Shown piece after piece: positions 18,590-27,560 of a stretch of 64,000 nucleotides of DNA. The stretch's first letter is position 1. Every line of letters starts with the position of its first letter. The DNA comes from a virus. Taxonomy: Duplodnaviria > Caudoviricetes. Position numbers and translations under genes: made by a program. The notes under the pieces were generated by a model that did not search any database, was not told the origin of the DNA, and saw nothing but the letters and a program-made list of their open reading frames with translations. The stretch is from IMG/VR virus record IMGVR_UViG_3300028844_003248, positions 1,540 through 65,539 of that record. One strand, 5' to 3'.

Positions 18590-19193
18590 AACACTACCGA
18601 TCTACCAGATTGTAATACCAAACAATCCTATCTCAGAATACTATGCTGAGAAATCCGTGGAAAGTTTTAACAAGTTTGGGTACACAAACATCATACGTGT
18701 ACATGCTAGTACCCCTGATGATATGCCAAACTATCTGTTTTTCAGTGACCAGAGAGAGTACAGTAAAGAGCGTACACGAGAGTGGTTACCAGAAGAAAAA
18801 GCAATATGGTATTCTCATTATAGATGTTGGCATAAAATAGCAAAACAGAATGGCAAGCCATTCGTGGGACCATCCCTTGTAATAGAACACGATTGCATTA
18901 TGACAAAGGAACTGCCAGAACAACTTTTAAAGAAACGTCTTTGGTCGTTTGGTATGACCGAAGATAAGAGAAATCTAGCTGCTTTGGGTTACCTTATAAA
19001 GCCTTCAATGGCGAAAGAACTCTTGTTTATCAATCGAATTAATATGCCTGTTGATGGGTATCTACATTCTAAGCAAGATCCTTGGTATCCTAGAGGTACA
19101 TTTAAAAGCGAATATATAGATACAACCATATGCGCAGAGCATTATATTAATTCTGATATAGGCACAACAAAACCGACAATAGGTACAACATGA
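18576..19193 (+). CDS. GT25-like glycosyltransferase
   Basis: SHYRCW, VIEHD, GYLIKP, PVDGYL. Confidence 0.65.
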   Translation: MTIAKTLPIYQIVIPNNPISEYYAEKSVESFNKFGYTNIIRVHASTPDDMPNYLFFSDQREYSKERTREWLPEEKAIWYSHYRCWHKIAKQNGKPFVGPSLVIEHDCIMTKELPEQLLKKRLWSFGMTEDKRNLAALGYLIKPSMAKELLFINRINMPVDGYLHSKQDPWYPRGTFKSEYIDTTICAEHYINSDIGTTKPTIGTT

Positions 19194-19984
19194 AACGATT
19201 GATCTATCAAGTCTACACTGGCAAGCCATCCAAATTATATGATTGGTGCACCCAGAGTGTAGAAGAATACGCAGAGAAAATAGGCGCAGAATACATTTGC
19301 CAGAGGCATCCTATCCTCAAAATAAAACCCGATGTTTTCCAAACCAATAGGAGCAAAGAAAGCTATGAGAAGTATGGTGGATTCCTTCCGATATATGAAA
19401 AAGAGAATGCGTTTGGATACCTCGACAGATTCGATCAAGTGGCAATTGTGGATGCTGATGTGTATATCAGGAGCAGTGCTTCATCTATCTTTGATGATCT
19501 ACCTGTTTCTTATGACTTTGGCGCTGTAGTAGAAAGAGACATGCCACTCACTCCAGCATATGTAAACAAGATTACAAACTACAGCAATATGCAATATGGA
19601 CGTCTCAAAGATGTTGATTGGAAATGGAATAAGCGTGGTGGTGAGTTCATGAACATGGGTATCATGGTAATGAATAAAAGCTTTGCCAAATACCTCAAAG
19701 GTCAAACCCCTAAAGAGTTCCTACAGCGCAGTGAGTTCCAAAGGTTTATCAACGGTGATGGTGCTTGGAAATGGTCTACTGATCAAACGCTGCTGAACTG
19801 GTGGATTCGTAAGGAGAAGATGAACATCAAAAATATGGATTGGAAATGGAATGGATTGTATGCAGCAAATACCAAGATTGGATACTGCGATTTCGTGCAT
19901 TTCTTCCTCAAAGATAAGTTGCCCAATAAGGGTGAGAATGTAAAAGAGTTGATGGAAAGTATCGATGAGACTTATATCCCATAG
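19190..19984 (+). CDS. GT-A glycosyltransferase (GT8/GT34-like)
   Basis: VDADVYI, MNMGIMV, TDQTLLN, WN, FVHF. Confidence 0.75.
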   Translation: MKRLIYQVYTGKPSKLYDWCTQSVEEYAEKIGAEYICQRHPILKIKPDVFQTNRSKESYEKYGGFLPIYEKENAFGYLDRFDQVAIVDADVYIRSSASSIFDDLPVSYDFGAVVERDMPLTPAYVNKITNYSNMQYGRLKDVDWKWNKRGGEFMNMGIMVMNKSFAKYLKGQTPKEFLQRSEFQRFINGDGAWKWSTDQTLLNWWIRKEKMNIKNMDWKWNGLYAANTKIGYCDFVHFFLKDKLPNKGENVKELMESIDETYIP

Positions 19985-20402
19985 AGGCAATATCAACGGC
20001 CCAAAGCCCAAATATGAAAACACGACAAGTTATATACTCGAAGCTATTCAAGAAGGTTACGATGTAGAGATAGACCTAAGAAGAGAAGATAATGCGTTGT
20101 GGTTGGGTCATGATGATAAATCAGAAAAGATCCGCACAAGCTTTCTGTATGACAATTTTGACAAACTTTGGATTCATTGCAAAGACATGAGTTCTCTTTC
20201 ATATCTCAACCGTTCGAGTCTCAACTACTTTTGGCATGAGAATGATGATTACACGATAACCTCACGTGGATGGATCTGGGCCTATCCTGGTAAACAAGTA
20301 GAAATACATACTGTATCAATAGCTGTTTTACCAGAGATAAATAAGACTAATGTAGACAACTTTTCAGGAGTTTGCAGTGATCAGATAGGACTTTACAAAT
20401 GA
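19965..20402 (+). CDS. glycerophosphodiester phosphodiesterase-like protein
   Basis: ISHRGN..EN, VEIDL, LGHD, WIHCK, GVCSD. Confidence 0.75.
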   Translation: MRLISHRGNINGPKPKYENTTSYILEAIQEGYDVEIDLRREDNALWLGHDDKSEKIRTSFLYDNFDKLWIHCKDMSSLSYLNRSSLNYFWHENDDYTITSRGWIWAYPGKQVEIHTVSIAVLPEINKTNVDNFSGVCSDQIGLYK

Positions 20403-21457
20403 AATATTATACTGTTATATATGAAGTAGATGGACCAGACATTCAAAAGGCTGCTTGGAATATTGCAATCGGTCAGAGTATTGGTAATCCAAACATTCGA
20501 TCTGAAATCGAAACAGCACAGAACATCAAAGATTTTGAAGCAACGATTGAATCCATCGAAGGTAATATTGTAAAGATAAACTTTCCTTTAGATGCATGGG
20601 ATTGGCCTAATCTAAATCAACTTATGTGTGTTATCCAAGGTGGTCAATCAGACATTGAGTGTGTGCACCGATGTCGAGTCATTGATATCGAAGGTTTGCC
20701 ATATATGAATGAACCAGTGCTTGGTCTCAAGAAATGGAAAGAGCGAGTCGGTGCAGAGAATCGACCTCTATTTGGTGGTATTATTAAACCAAAATCTGGA
20801 TTGACCCCAGACCAGATGATGAGTATTGTACAGCAGATGATTGATGGTGGTGCTGATTTTATCAAAGAAGATGAGATCATGGCTAATAATAGCTACTATC
20901 CATTGAGTGCTAGAGTAGATGATGTAACGAAAGCCATCAAAGATTCTGGATGGAAAGGTGTATATGCGTATTGTGTCAATGCAGATCCTTTACAGATAAT
21001 CGACAATTTGAATACGATTAAAGAACATGGCGGTGAAGCATGTCATATCAACTTCTGGTCTAGTATGGGTGCATATACAACTTCCAATAAACTAGGTGTT
21101 GTAACACATTTTCAAAGATCTGGTATTCGAACATGGACAGATCCAAACAACAGATTTTCTATTTCTTGGAACGTAATCGTAAAACTTGCTATTATGGCAG
21201 GTGTTGATTCCATGCACGTTGGTATGCTTGGTGGATACTATCCAGAAGGTGAGTCAGAAGAGGAGACGCATAAAGCAGTTTCTGATCTGATCAACACCGA
21301 CCGAGTTGCTGCCTTGAGTTGTGGCATGAACCCAGAAATTGCAAGAGAGATCCGTGGTCTGATTGGAAACGATTGGATGGCTAACATTGGTGGGTGGCTA
21401 CATACTGGAGAAACCATCTATGAAAAAGTTTACGAAATGAGAAAGAGCCTTGAATGA
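20399..21457 (+). CDS. RuBisCO-like protein (form IV-like)
   Basis: GGIIKPKSGL, GADFIKEDE, GVDSMHVG, LSCGM, NIGGWLH align to RuBisCO barrel motifs. Confidence 0.85.
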   Translation: MKYYTVIYEVDGPDIQKAAWNIAIGQSIGNPNIRSEIETAQNIKDFEATIESIEGNIVKINFPLDAWDWPNLNQLMCVIQGGQSDIECVHRCRVIDIEGLPYMNEPVLGLKKWKERVGAENRPLFGGIIKPKSGLTPDQMMSIVQQMIDGGADFIKEDEIMANNSYYPLSARVDDVTKAIKDSGWKGVYAYCVNADPLQIIDNLNTIKEHGGEACHINFWSSMGAYTTSNKLGVVTHFQRSGIRTWTDPNNRFSISWNVIVKLAIMAGVDSMHVGMLGGYYPEGESEEETHKAVSDLINTDRVAALSCGMNPEIAREIRGLIGNDWMANIGGWLHTGETIYEKVYEMRKSLE

Positions 21458-22173
21458 AAATTATATTACCTATGGCTGGCAATGGTCAGCGATTTTTTGA
21501 TGCTGGTTATGATCTACCAAAACCCCTAATCGATGTCAAAGGTGCTCCTATGTTTAAAAGAGTGCTAGACAATATTACTGATGAATATAAAGGTGTAGAG
21601 GTTGTTGCAATCGTTAGACCAGACCACGTAGAGAAATATTCGATTGATCAAAAGCTAAAAGAAGCACTTCCTAACATTGAGATTGTAGTAACAGATGGAC
21701 CAACCGAGGGTGCAGCTTGTACTGTAATGTTGGCGATTGACCAATATAGTGAAGATGAGGTTCTTATTGCAAACTGTGATCAGATCGCAGAGTTTAATGC
21801 CTCTATATTTCACACATTCAGTACAACATCTGATGGAACTATTCTAACCTTCTTTAGTGATAACCCAGAGCCAAAACACTCTTATGTCACAGTTGATTCA
21901 CAAGGGTTCCTTAAAGAACTCGCAGAAAAAAGAAAGATATCGGATGTAGCTACAGTGGGGGTTTATCACTTTAGTTCACAGCGAGAGTTTAGTAATGCAG
22001 TAAAAGCTATGATGGAAGCAGACGATAGGATCAATGGAGAGTTCTATCTCGCTCCTGTGTATAACTATTACAGAGGAAATGTATCTTGTTTTGATTGTAC
22101 TCAAATGTATGGTATGGGAACTCCAGAAGAACTAGAAGCATTCAAACAGACAGATTATTATGAGGCACTATGA
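21454..22173 (+). CDS. sugar-phosphate nucleotidyltransferase (GlmU/NTP_transferase-like)
   Basis: PMAGNGQRF..PKPLI, TEGAACT, NCDQ, EKRKIS, NGEFY, GTPEEL. Confidence 0.85.
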   Translation: MKIILPMAGNGQRFFDAGYDLPKPLIDVKGAPMFKRVLDNITDEYKGVEVVAIVRPDHVEKYSIDQKLKEALPNIEIVVTDGPTEGAACTVMLAIDQYSEDEVLIANCDQIAEFNASIFHTFSTTSDGTILTFFSDNPEPKHSYVTVDSQGFLKELAEKRKISDVATVGVYHFSSQREFSNAVKAMMEADDRINGEFYLAPVYNYYRGNVSCFDCTQMYGMGTPEELEAFKQTDYYEAL

Positions 22174-22892
22174 AACTAGCAGTATGTATGAACGGACTCT
22201 TCCGTAATCATGTGAAACCACATGTGGGAGTACTCCACAAAAGATTTCACGAAAAATTTCCAACAGCAGATTTTTACTACCACACGTGGACAGAGTTTGA
22301 AAATACTGTCCCATCGCAGTATAAAATGAATCAAGACTATTTCTTTACTGATCCAGAGCCAAAACTAAAATACCACCCTATCTCTGATTCTAAAACAAAT
22401 TGCAAACACGGTAAATGGCATCCCTATAAATCAGGTAACTTAATGCGTCACAAGACCCAAAATGGGTCCAAGCAGATCCTTGGATATGCTATGATGCACA
22501 AGAATATCCAGAAGGAATATGACGTTGTGATTCGTGCACGATGGGATACTGCACTTGATGAGCAAGTAGATTTTACTCCATATATAGAAATGGCTTACGA
22601 AGAAGGTCCAGTAGGGTTTTCTATAAGAGGAAAAAGAGGTCCATCTGGAAAAGACGGTAAGGTTAAAATTGTAGAAAAGACTGACTATGATCCAATGGAT
22701 GATTGGTTTGGTTATCTACAAGATGCTTTGATTATACACAAACAAGAACATTTTGATCCAGACTACGTTTTGCAGTTACATAAAGACGAAAACTTATGGC
22801 CTGCAGAATGGGGATGGTATCAAGTGATGAGTTTACCGTATGGTGATGATATTCATACGAGTTGTCATGGTGGTGCTTATATAGCAAGGTGA
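22170..22892 (+). CDS. glycan-locus conserved protein (putative transferase)
   Basis: MKLAVCMNGLFR..HTW..YDVVIRARWD pattern. Confidence 0.55.
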   Translation: MKLAVCMNGLFRNHVKPHVGVLHKRFHEKFPTADFYYHTWTEFENTVPSQYKMNQDYFFTDPEPKLKYHPISDSKTNCKHGKWHPYKSGNLMRHKTQNGSKQILGYAMMHKNIQKEYDVVIRARWDTALDEQVDFTPYIEMAYEEGPVGFSIRGKRGPSGKDGKVKIVEKTDYDPMDDWFGYLQDALIIHKQEHFDPDYVLQLHKDENLWPAEWGWYQVMSLPYGDDIHTSCHGGAYIAR

Positions 22893-22899
22893 GGTTAAA

Positions 22900-23583
22900 A
22901 TGATACCAAAGGTTTTTATACACATTCCCAAAAATGGCGGAATGACTATCAGGCGCAGTCCACTACTCAGAGATAAAGTTCGTGTTGCGACCCCTGATAT
23001 ACACAAGTCCAAAGAATATTCAAACGCAGTTCTGACTACAATGAACAAAAACAATGATCACCATGGCTATGAACATGCACGATGGCGAGATCTGAAAAGA
23101 TCTGTGGTGGAAGGTTTTGGATCATTTGCCATTGTAAGAAACCCATGGGATCGTGTCGTTTCAAGATATTTCTTTGCAAAGAAAGTAATCGAGGTAGAGA
23201 TGGGACAACCAGCATCGTATGCTGATGTCACTTCTTTTGAAGCATTTATCGAGGAAAGGCATAAATGGGGCGATAAAGATTACATGTGGCATCGTGCAGT
23301 AAGAGGCTGGTATCCAGCACTTGACCATGTTACTGATGAAAAAGGTAATATCAAATGTGATATACTATCGTTTGAGGATTATAACTCGGATGTAATGGCA
23401 TACTTTAATCTCAGTGAAATGTCCAGAGCACGTAATGTAACAGCTATGAACAAAGGGATATATACAGATGTATATACACCAGAGACAAGAAACATTATTG
23501 GTGATTGGTACAAAGATGATATCGAAACATTTGGATATGATTTTGGAACAGGTCCAACCAAAAATTTATGGAGAATGAAATGA
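22900..23583 (+). CDS. sulfotransferase (family 2)
   Basis: PAPS motifs FIHIPKNGGMTI and VRNPWDRVVS. Confidence 0.85.
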   Translation: MIPKVFIHIPKNGGMTIRRSPLLRDKVRVATPDIHKSKEYSNAVLTTMNKNNDHHGYEHARWRDLKRSVVEGFGSFAIVRNPWDRVVSRYFFAKKVIEVEMGQPASYADVTSFEAFIEERHKWGDKDYMWHRAVRGWYPALDHVTDEKGNIKCDILSFEDYNSDVMAYFNLSEMSRARNVTAMNKGIYTDVYTPETRNIIGDWYKDDIETFGYDFGTGPTKNLWRMK

Positions 23584-24269
23584 GTGAACTGTTGAAAATC
23601 TTTGATAAACATGACTGCGACAAGGGTAGTCGTAAGCACTTTTATAATGAGGTCTATGAACCGCACTTTGAAAAGGTGAGAAACGATCCTATTAATATCT
23701 TAGAGATTGGTGTTTTTCTAGGAGAGAGCACTGCTGCTTTTCATGAGTATTTTCCTAATGCTAACATCTATGGCATCGACATTTTTGTTCGTACAAGTCC
23801 AGAAGATTTAGAAATCTTGAAAGAGGAGAGGGTTCATTTTATCAAAGGTGATTCGATGGACCCAATGATTAAAACACAGATTGAAGAAGAATGGCCTGGA
23901 GTTAAGTTTGATATCATCATTGATGATGGTGCTCATTGGCCTGAAGCAAATCGTCTCACGTTTAAACACACAGCACCATTTTTGAAAGAAAAGGGTAAAT
24001 ATTTTGTTGAAGATGTTTGGCCTATTGATGAAATGGGTATTGAAGATATCAATCATTATTGGATTAAAAAGAACCCAGACCGTTACAGCCAGACTAGCTA
24101 TAAAAAGTTTTTAAATGAGTTTTCCTTTGGATATATCAGTGAATGGTACGATGTGAGACAAAAGACCAAACTTTCAAGTCTCGTAAAAAGAGGTAAGGGT
24201 AATAAACCAGAGTGGATTTCTGACAGCACTATTATGTTGATCGAACATGACCATACCATTACCATTTAA
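23580..24269 (+). CDS. class I SAM-dependent (sugar O-)methyltransferase
   Basis: ILEIGV, YGIDI, FDIIIDDGAH, YFVED. Confidence 0.85.
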   Translation: MSELLKIFDKHDCDKGSRKHFYNEVYEPHFEKVRNDPINILEIGVFLGESTAAFHEYFPNANIYGIDIFVRTSPEDLEILKEERVHFIKGDSMDPMIKTQIEEEWPGVKFDIIIDDGAHWPEANRLTFKHTAPFLKEKGKYFVEDVWPIDEMGIEDINHYWIKKNPDRYSQTSYKKFLNEFSFGYISEWYDVRQKTKLSSLVKRGKGNKPEWISDSTIMLIEHDHTITI

Positions 24270-25080
24270 TATTGACAAACCATCATTAGAAAAGGTACTC
24301 GAAAGGACAAAGTATAGAATGGACGCTTATATCATATCAATCACCAATAATCATGAGAGCACAGTTGCGACTCGTAGACTTATGCTTTCTATCAAAGACA
24401 GTAGATCCGATATCAATGCGTTTATCTATGATGCAGTCATTCCAAGAAATCTAAAAGAAAACATGAGTAAGGTATTTCCTCAGTCGAATGTCCTACCACC
24501 AATCTCGTACACATATCCTATCGAAGGATCTCGCTTTGACATGAAATCTGGAATGCAGTTGTCTGCATATCCCACAGCACATCTAGACAAGAGGATCTCG
24601 TGTTTCATGAGCCACTATAATCTATGGCTCAAGTGTGTGAAAGATGATAAGCCTATCATGATTCTAGAGCACGATGCTCAGTTTACTCGTAGGTTTGAAT
24701 GGGACAAGATAGAAGATAGATTCAATGGAGATATTCTTGCACTCAACTCACCAATGGGAGCTACGAGAAAAGCTACTCTTTACAATGAAAAAGTAAAGGA
24801 ACTCGTTGAGAAAAAGGTAAGAATGCAGAAGAAGAAGAGTGACGTCAACGTAGTCCTAGTGCCGTGGATTGATGACAAGATTATTCCACAAGGATTGCCT
24901 GGGAATAGCGCATATATAATCAAACCAGCAGGGGCAAAGAAGCTGATCGAACTTACATCAGAGCATGGCATATGGCCTAATGATGCTCTGATGTGCAAAC
25001 AGTTAATGCCAGGGAAACTCCAACAACTCTATCCCTTTGTAACAAAGGTACAGAAAATTGATTCGCATACATCCAAATAA
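24247..25080 (+). CDS. GT25-like glycosyltransferase
   Basis: AYIISI, SCFMSHYNLW, ILEHD, AYIIKPAGAKKL. Confidence 0.8.
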   Translation: MTIPLPFNIDKPSLEKVLERTKYRMDAYIISITNNHESTVATRRLMLSIKDSRSDINAFIYDAVIPRNLKENMSKVFPQSNVLPPISYTYPIEGSRFDMKSGMQLSAYPTAHLDKRISCFMSHYNLWLKCVKDDKPIMILEHDAQFTRRFEWDKIEDRFNGDILALNSPMGATRKATLYNEKVKELVEKKVRMQKKKSDVNVVLVPWIDDKIIPQGLPGNSAYIIKPAGAKKLIELTSEHGIWPNDALMCKQLMPGKLQQLYPFVTKVQKIDSHTSK

Positions 25081-25690
25081 GTACATTCTAATACACATAC
25101 CCAAGAATGCTGGTACAAGTATAAGAGAGAATGCGGATGGAAGACTTATACATGCCATTCAGAAACAGAATGTAACAAAGACGGTTACACCAGATCACCT
25201 TAACTTCATGGTGCATCACTGCCCAGCGACCTATTTACATAGGCAGTTGAAATCACATCCAAAGGTAGCAGTGATTCGTAATCCTTGGTCAAGGCTTGTA
25301 TCTCTGTATGAGCATGCTGATCATTTAAGAGAACATGGTGTCGGTGATTATTTTCAGAGAGAAAAGATCTCTTGGGATGAGTTTATAGATCGTATAGATA
25401 GTTACATTCAAACATCAGTATTCTACTACAATCATCCCTATGACCATTTCGCATCACAGTCTGATTGGTTGACGCCTGAGGTTAAGCTTCTCAGATACGA
25501 ACATCTGTCAGAAGATTATGAAAAACTTTTTAAAACACCTTTGACAACGATTGCAAACAAAGGGGTTTACAAAGAACACTATACATGTTATTATAGTAAA
25601 AACCAAATCGAAAAAGTTCGAGAGTGGTTTAGATATGATATTTACAAGTTTGGGTGTGACTTTGAAACCACGGCAAGGAACATAAGATGA
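25058..25690 (+). CDS. sulfotransferase (family 2)
   Basis: IHIPKNAGTSI, IRNPWSRLVS, RYEHL. Confidence 0.85.
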   Translation: MIRIHPNKYILIHIPKNAGTSIRENADGRLIHAIQKQNVTKTVTPDHLNFMVHHCPATYLHRQLKSHPKVAVIRNPWSRLVSLYEHADHLREHGVGDYFQREKISWDEFIDRIDSYIQTSVFYYNHPYDHFASQSDWLTPEVKLLRYEHLSEDYEKLFKTPLTTIANKGVYKEHYTCYYSKNQIEKVREWFRYDIYKFGCDFETTARNIR

Positions 25691-26337
25691 GAAAAGCATA
25701 CGTCATTACTATTCTCGATAATGAGAGATCCGTACAAGTGGCTGAACGGTGTATCAAGTCTGGTAAAAAACATGGACTTGAAATAGAAAAATGGAAAGCA
25801 TATACACCAAACCGTGATCTGATAAATCGAGTTGCTTCTTTTGGTATCGACCCACGAGCATTTGATGAGGTGTACTCTCGTACAGATAACTGTATGGCGG
25901 CATTTTTATCACACTATTCTTTGTGGGCGAAGGCTGTGAGGGAGAAGATCGATGTACTGATCTTTGAGCACGATGCCGTGATAGTGAACGAAATCCCAGA
26001 AGTCAATGGTTACCAAGGGTGCATTACATTTGGAAAACCGTCATACGGTCAATACAACATCCCTAGATATCTGGGTGTACAAGAACTACAGCATAAGAGA
26101 TATTTTGGTGGAGCACATGCCTATCAAGTATCGTGGCAAGCAGCCGAGGTTCTGATTAAGAAGGCAAAGAGCAAAGCGGCACCTACAGACGTTTTCCTTC
26201 ACTTAGATAATTTTAGATTCCTACAAGAGTATTATCCATGGCCTGTTGAAGCAAGAGATAACTTCAGCACAATCCAAGTTGAAAGAGGATGTTTGTCAAA
26301 GCACCAATACAATAAGGAAACCTATGACATTATCTAA
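25687..26337 (+). CDS. GT25-like glycosyltransferase
   Basis: AYVITI, AFLSHYSLW, IFEHD, GAHAY. Confidence 0.8.
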   Translation: MRKAYVITILDNERSVQVAERCIKSGKKHGLEIEKWKAYTPNRDLINRVASFGIDPRAFDEVYSRTDNCMAAFLSHYSLWAKAVREKIDVLIFEHDAVIVNEIPEVNGYQGCITFGKPSYGQYNIPRYLGVQELQHKRYFGGAHAYQVSWQAAEVLIKKAKSKAAPTDVFLHLDNFRFLQEYYPWPVEARDNFSTIQVERGCLSKHQYNKETYDII

Positions 26338-26965
26338 GCGAACATTTATGACAGGAGTTGACAAGACCACTCAGTGGATGCTGCCATGGTTTATGAAAAA
26401 CTTCAAGAAGCATAACAAAAAAGAAAAGATTGTTGTGTACGATTTTGGTATGACGCCTGATATGGCTGGTCAGTACGGTGCAGTGGAACTGAAAACAGTG
26501 GCAAGAGGTTGGTTCAAGAAACCAGCAGCGATGCTACATCAGAGTAAACTCTCAGAGAAAACATGTTGGATTGATTCTGACTGTGAGGTGTTGGGTGACG
26601 TATCTGGCATATGGGATTGCATTGTACCAAACAAACTACTCATGGTTGAGGATAAACCTTGGTCAACACGTAAAGGAATTAAGTGGCACAACTCTGGTGT
26701 GGTAGGATTTGAAGGCACACCACAGATTCTTAGAGAATGGGAACACCAGTGTGCCGTACCAGCACAGTCTGGAGACCAAGAGGTGTTGCATCATATGATT
26801 GGTGACAACGATATAATGAAAATGGGTCTTATTGAAGATTTGCCTAATAAATACAACGTACTCCGATTACAGAAGACAGATAAAACGGAGCCGAAAGAAA
26901 AACTCATTTTGCACCACACAGGCAGAAAAGGTAAACTGCATATCGAAAGGTTGATTAATGGCTAG
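26324..26965 (+). CDS. GT-A glycosyltransferase (GT8-like)
   Basis: WFKKP, WIDSD, HNSGVV, GDQEVL, YN, HHTG. Confidence 0.75.
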   Translation: MTLSKRTFMTGVDKTTQWMLPWFMKNFKKHNKKEKIVVYDFGMTPDMAGQYGAVELKTVARGWFKKPAAMLHQSKLSEKTCWIDSDCEVLGDVSGIWDCIVPNKLLMVEDKPWSTRKGIKWHNSGVVGFEGTPQILREWEHQCAVPAQSGDQEVLHHMIGDNDIMKMGLIEDLPNKYNVLRLQKTDKTEPKEKLILHHTGRKGKLHIERLING

Positions 26966-27560
26966 AACAGCACATATTATTGGAAATGGTGATAGAGCAG
27001 GAATGTTCAAGCAACCTCAAAAAGGTATCAAGATCACGTGTAACCTTCCTCCATTTAGTGTCGAAGGAGCATATGCAACGTGCCTTGTAGATTTCAAGAT
27101 TATGCATGCCATGCATCTACAAGAGATTGCCATTCCTGGAGATTGGATCTTGGGGTTCAGACCACACAAATACTTAGAGATGAACCCAGATCTTCGTATT
27201 CGATGGGCTTCTCAAATCCGAGATTACTTCACTGATAAACCACCATATGCTCCAACACTCACTGATTGGAACTGTGGTCACATGGCTACACGATATGCTT
27301 GCCATCCAAATAAGATTGGTGCCGATACCATTCACATGTATGGGTTTGATTCTATCTTTGATATGAACCTCAAGAGTTGTTCAGATTTCTACTTGAACAG
27401 CGATAGATCTGATATGAACCAAGTAAGGCTGGCTGATAACTGGCGTCCTATCTGGGTAAAGCTATTCGAAGAGTTTCCAGACAAGCAGTTTGTTCTGCAC
27501 CACAATCATACTAAAGCTAGAATTAATCTACCAGAGAATGTTGAAATTGTCACAAAATGA
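26958..27560 (+). CDS. putative CMP-sugar-dependent transferase (sialyltransferase/Maf-like motifs)
   Basis: AHIIGNG..TCN..IHMYGFD. Confidence 0.5.
   Translation: MARTAHIIGNGDRAGMFKQPQKGIKITCNLPPFSVEGAYATCLVDFKIMHAMHLQEIAIPGDWILGFRPHKYLEMNPDLRIRWASQIRDYFTDKPPYAPTLTDWNCGHMATRYACHPNKIGADTIHMYGFDSIFDMNLKSCSDFYLNSDRSDMNQVRLADNWRPIWVKLFEEFPDKQFVLHHNHTKARINLPENVEIVTK

Noticed and set aside
20399-21457. True CO2-fixing RuBisCO
   Set aside because: Short; apparent loss of the H294 and K334 equivalents; no rbcS or prk nearby
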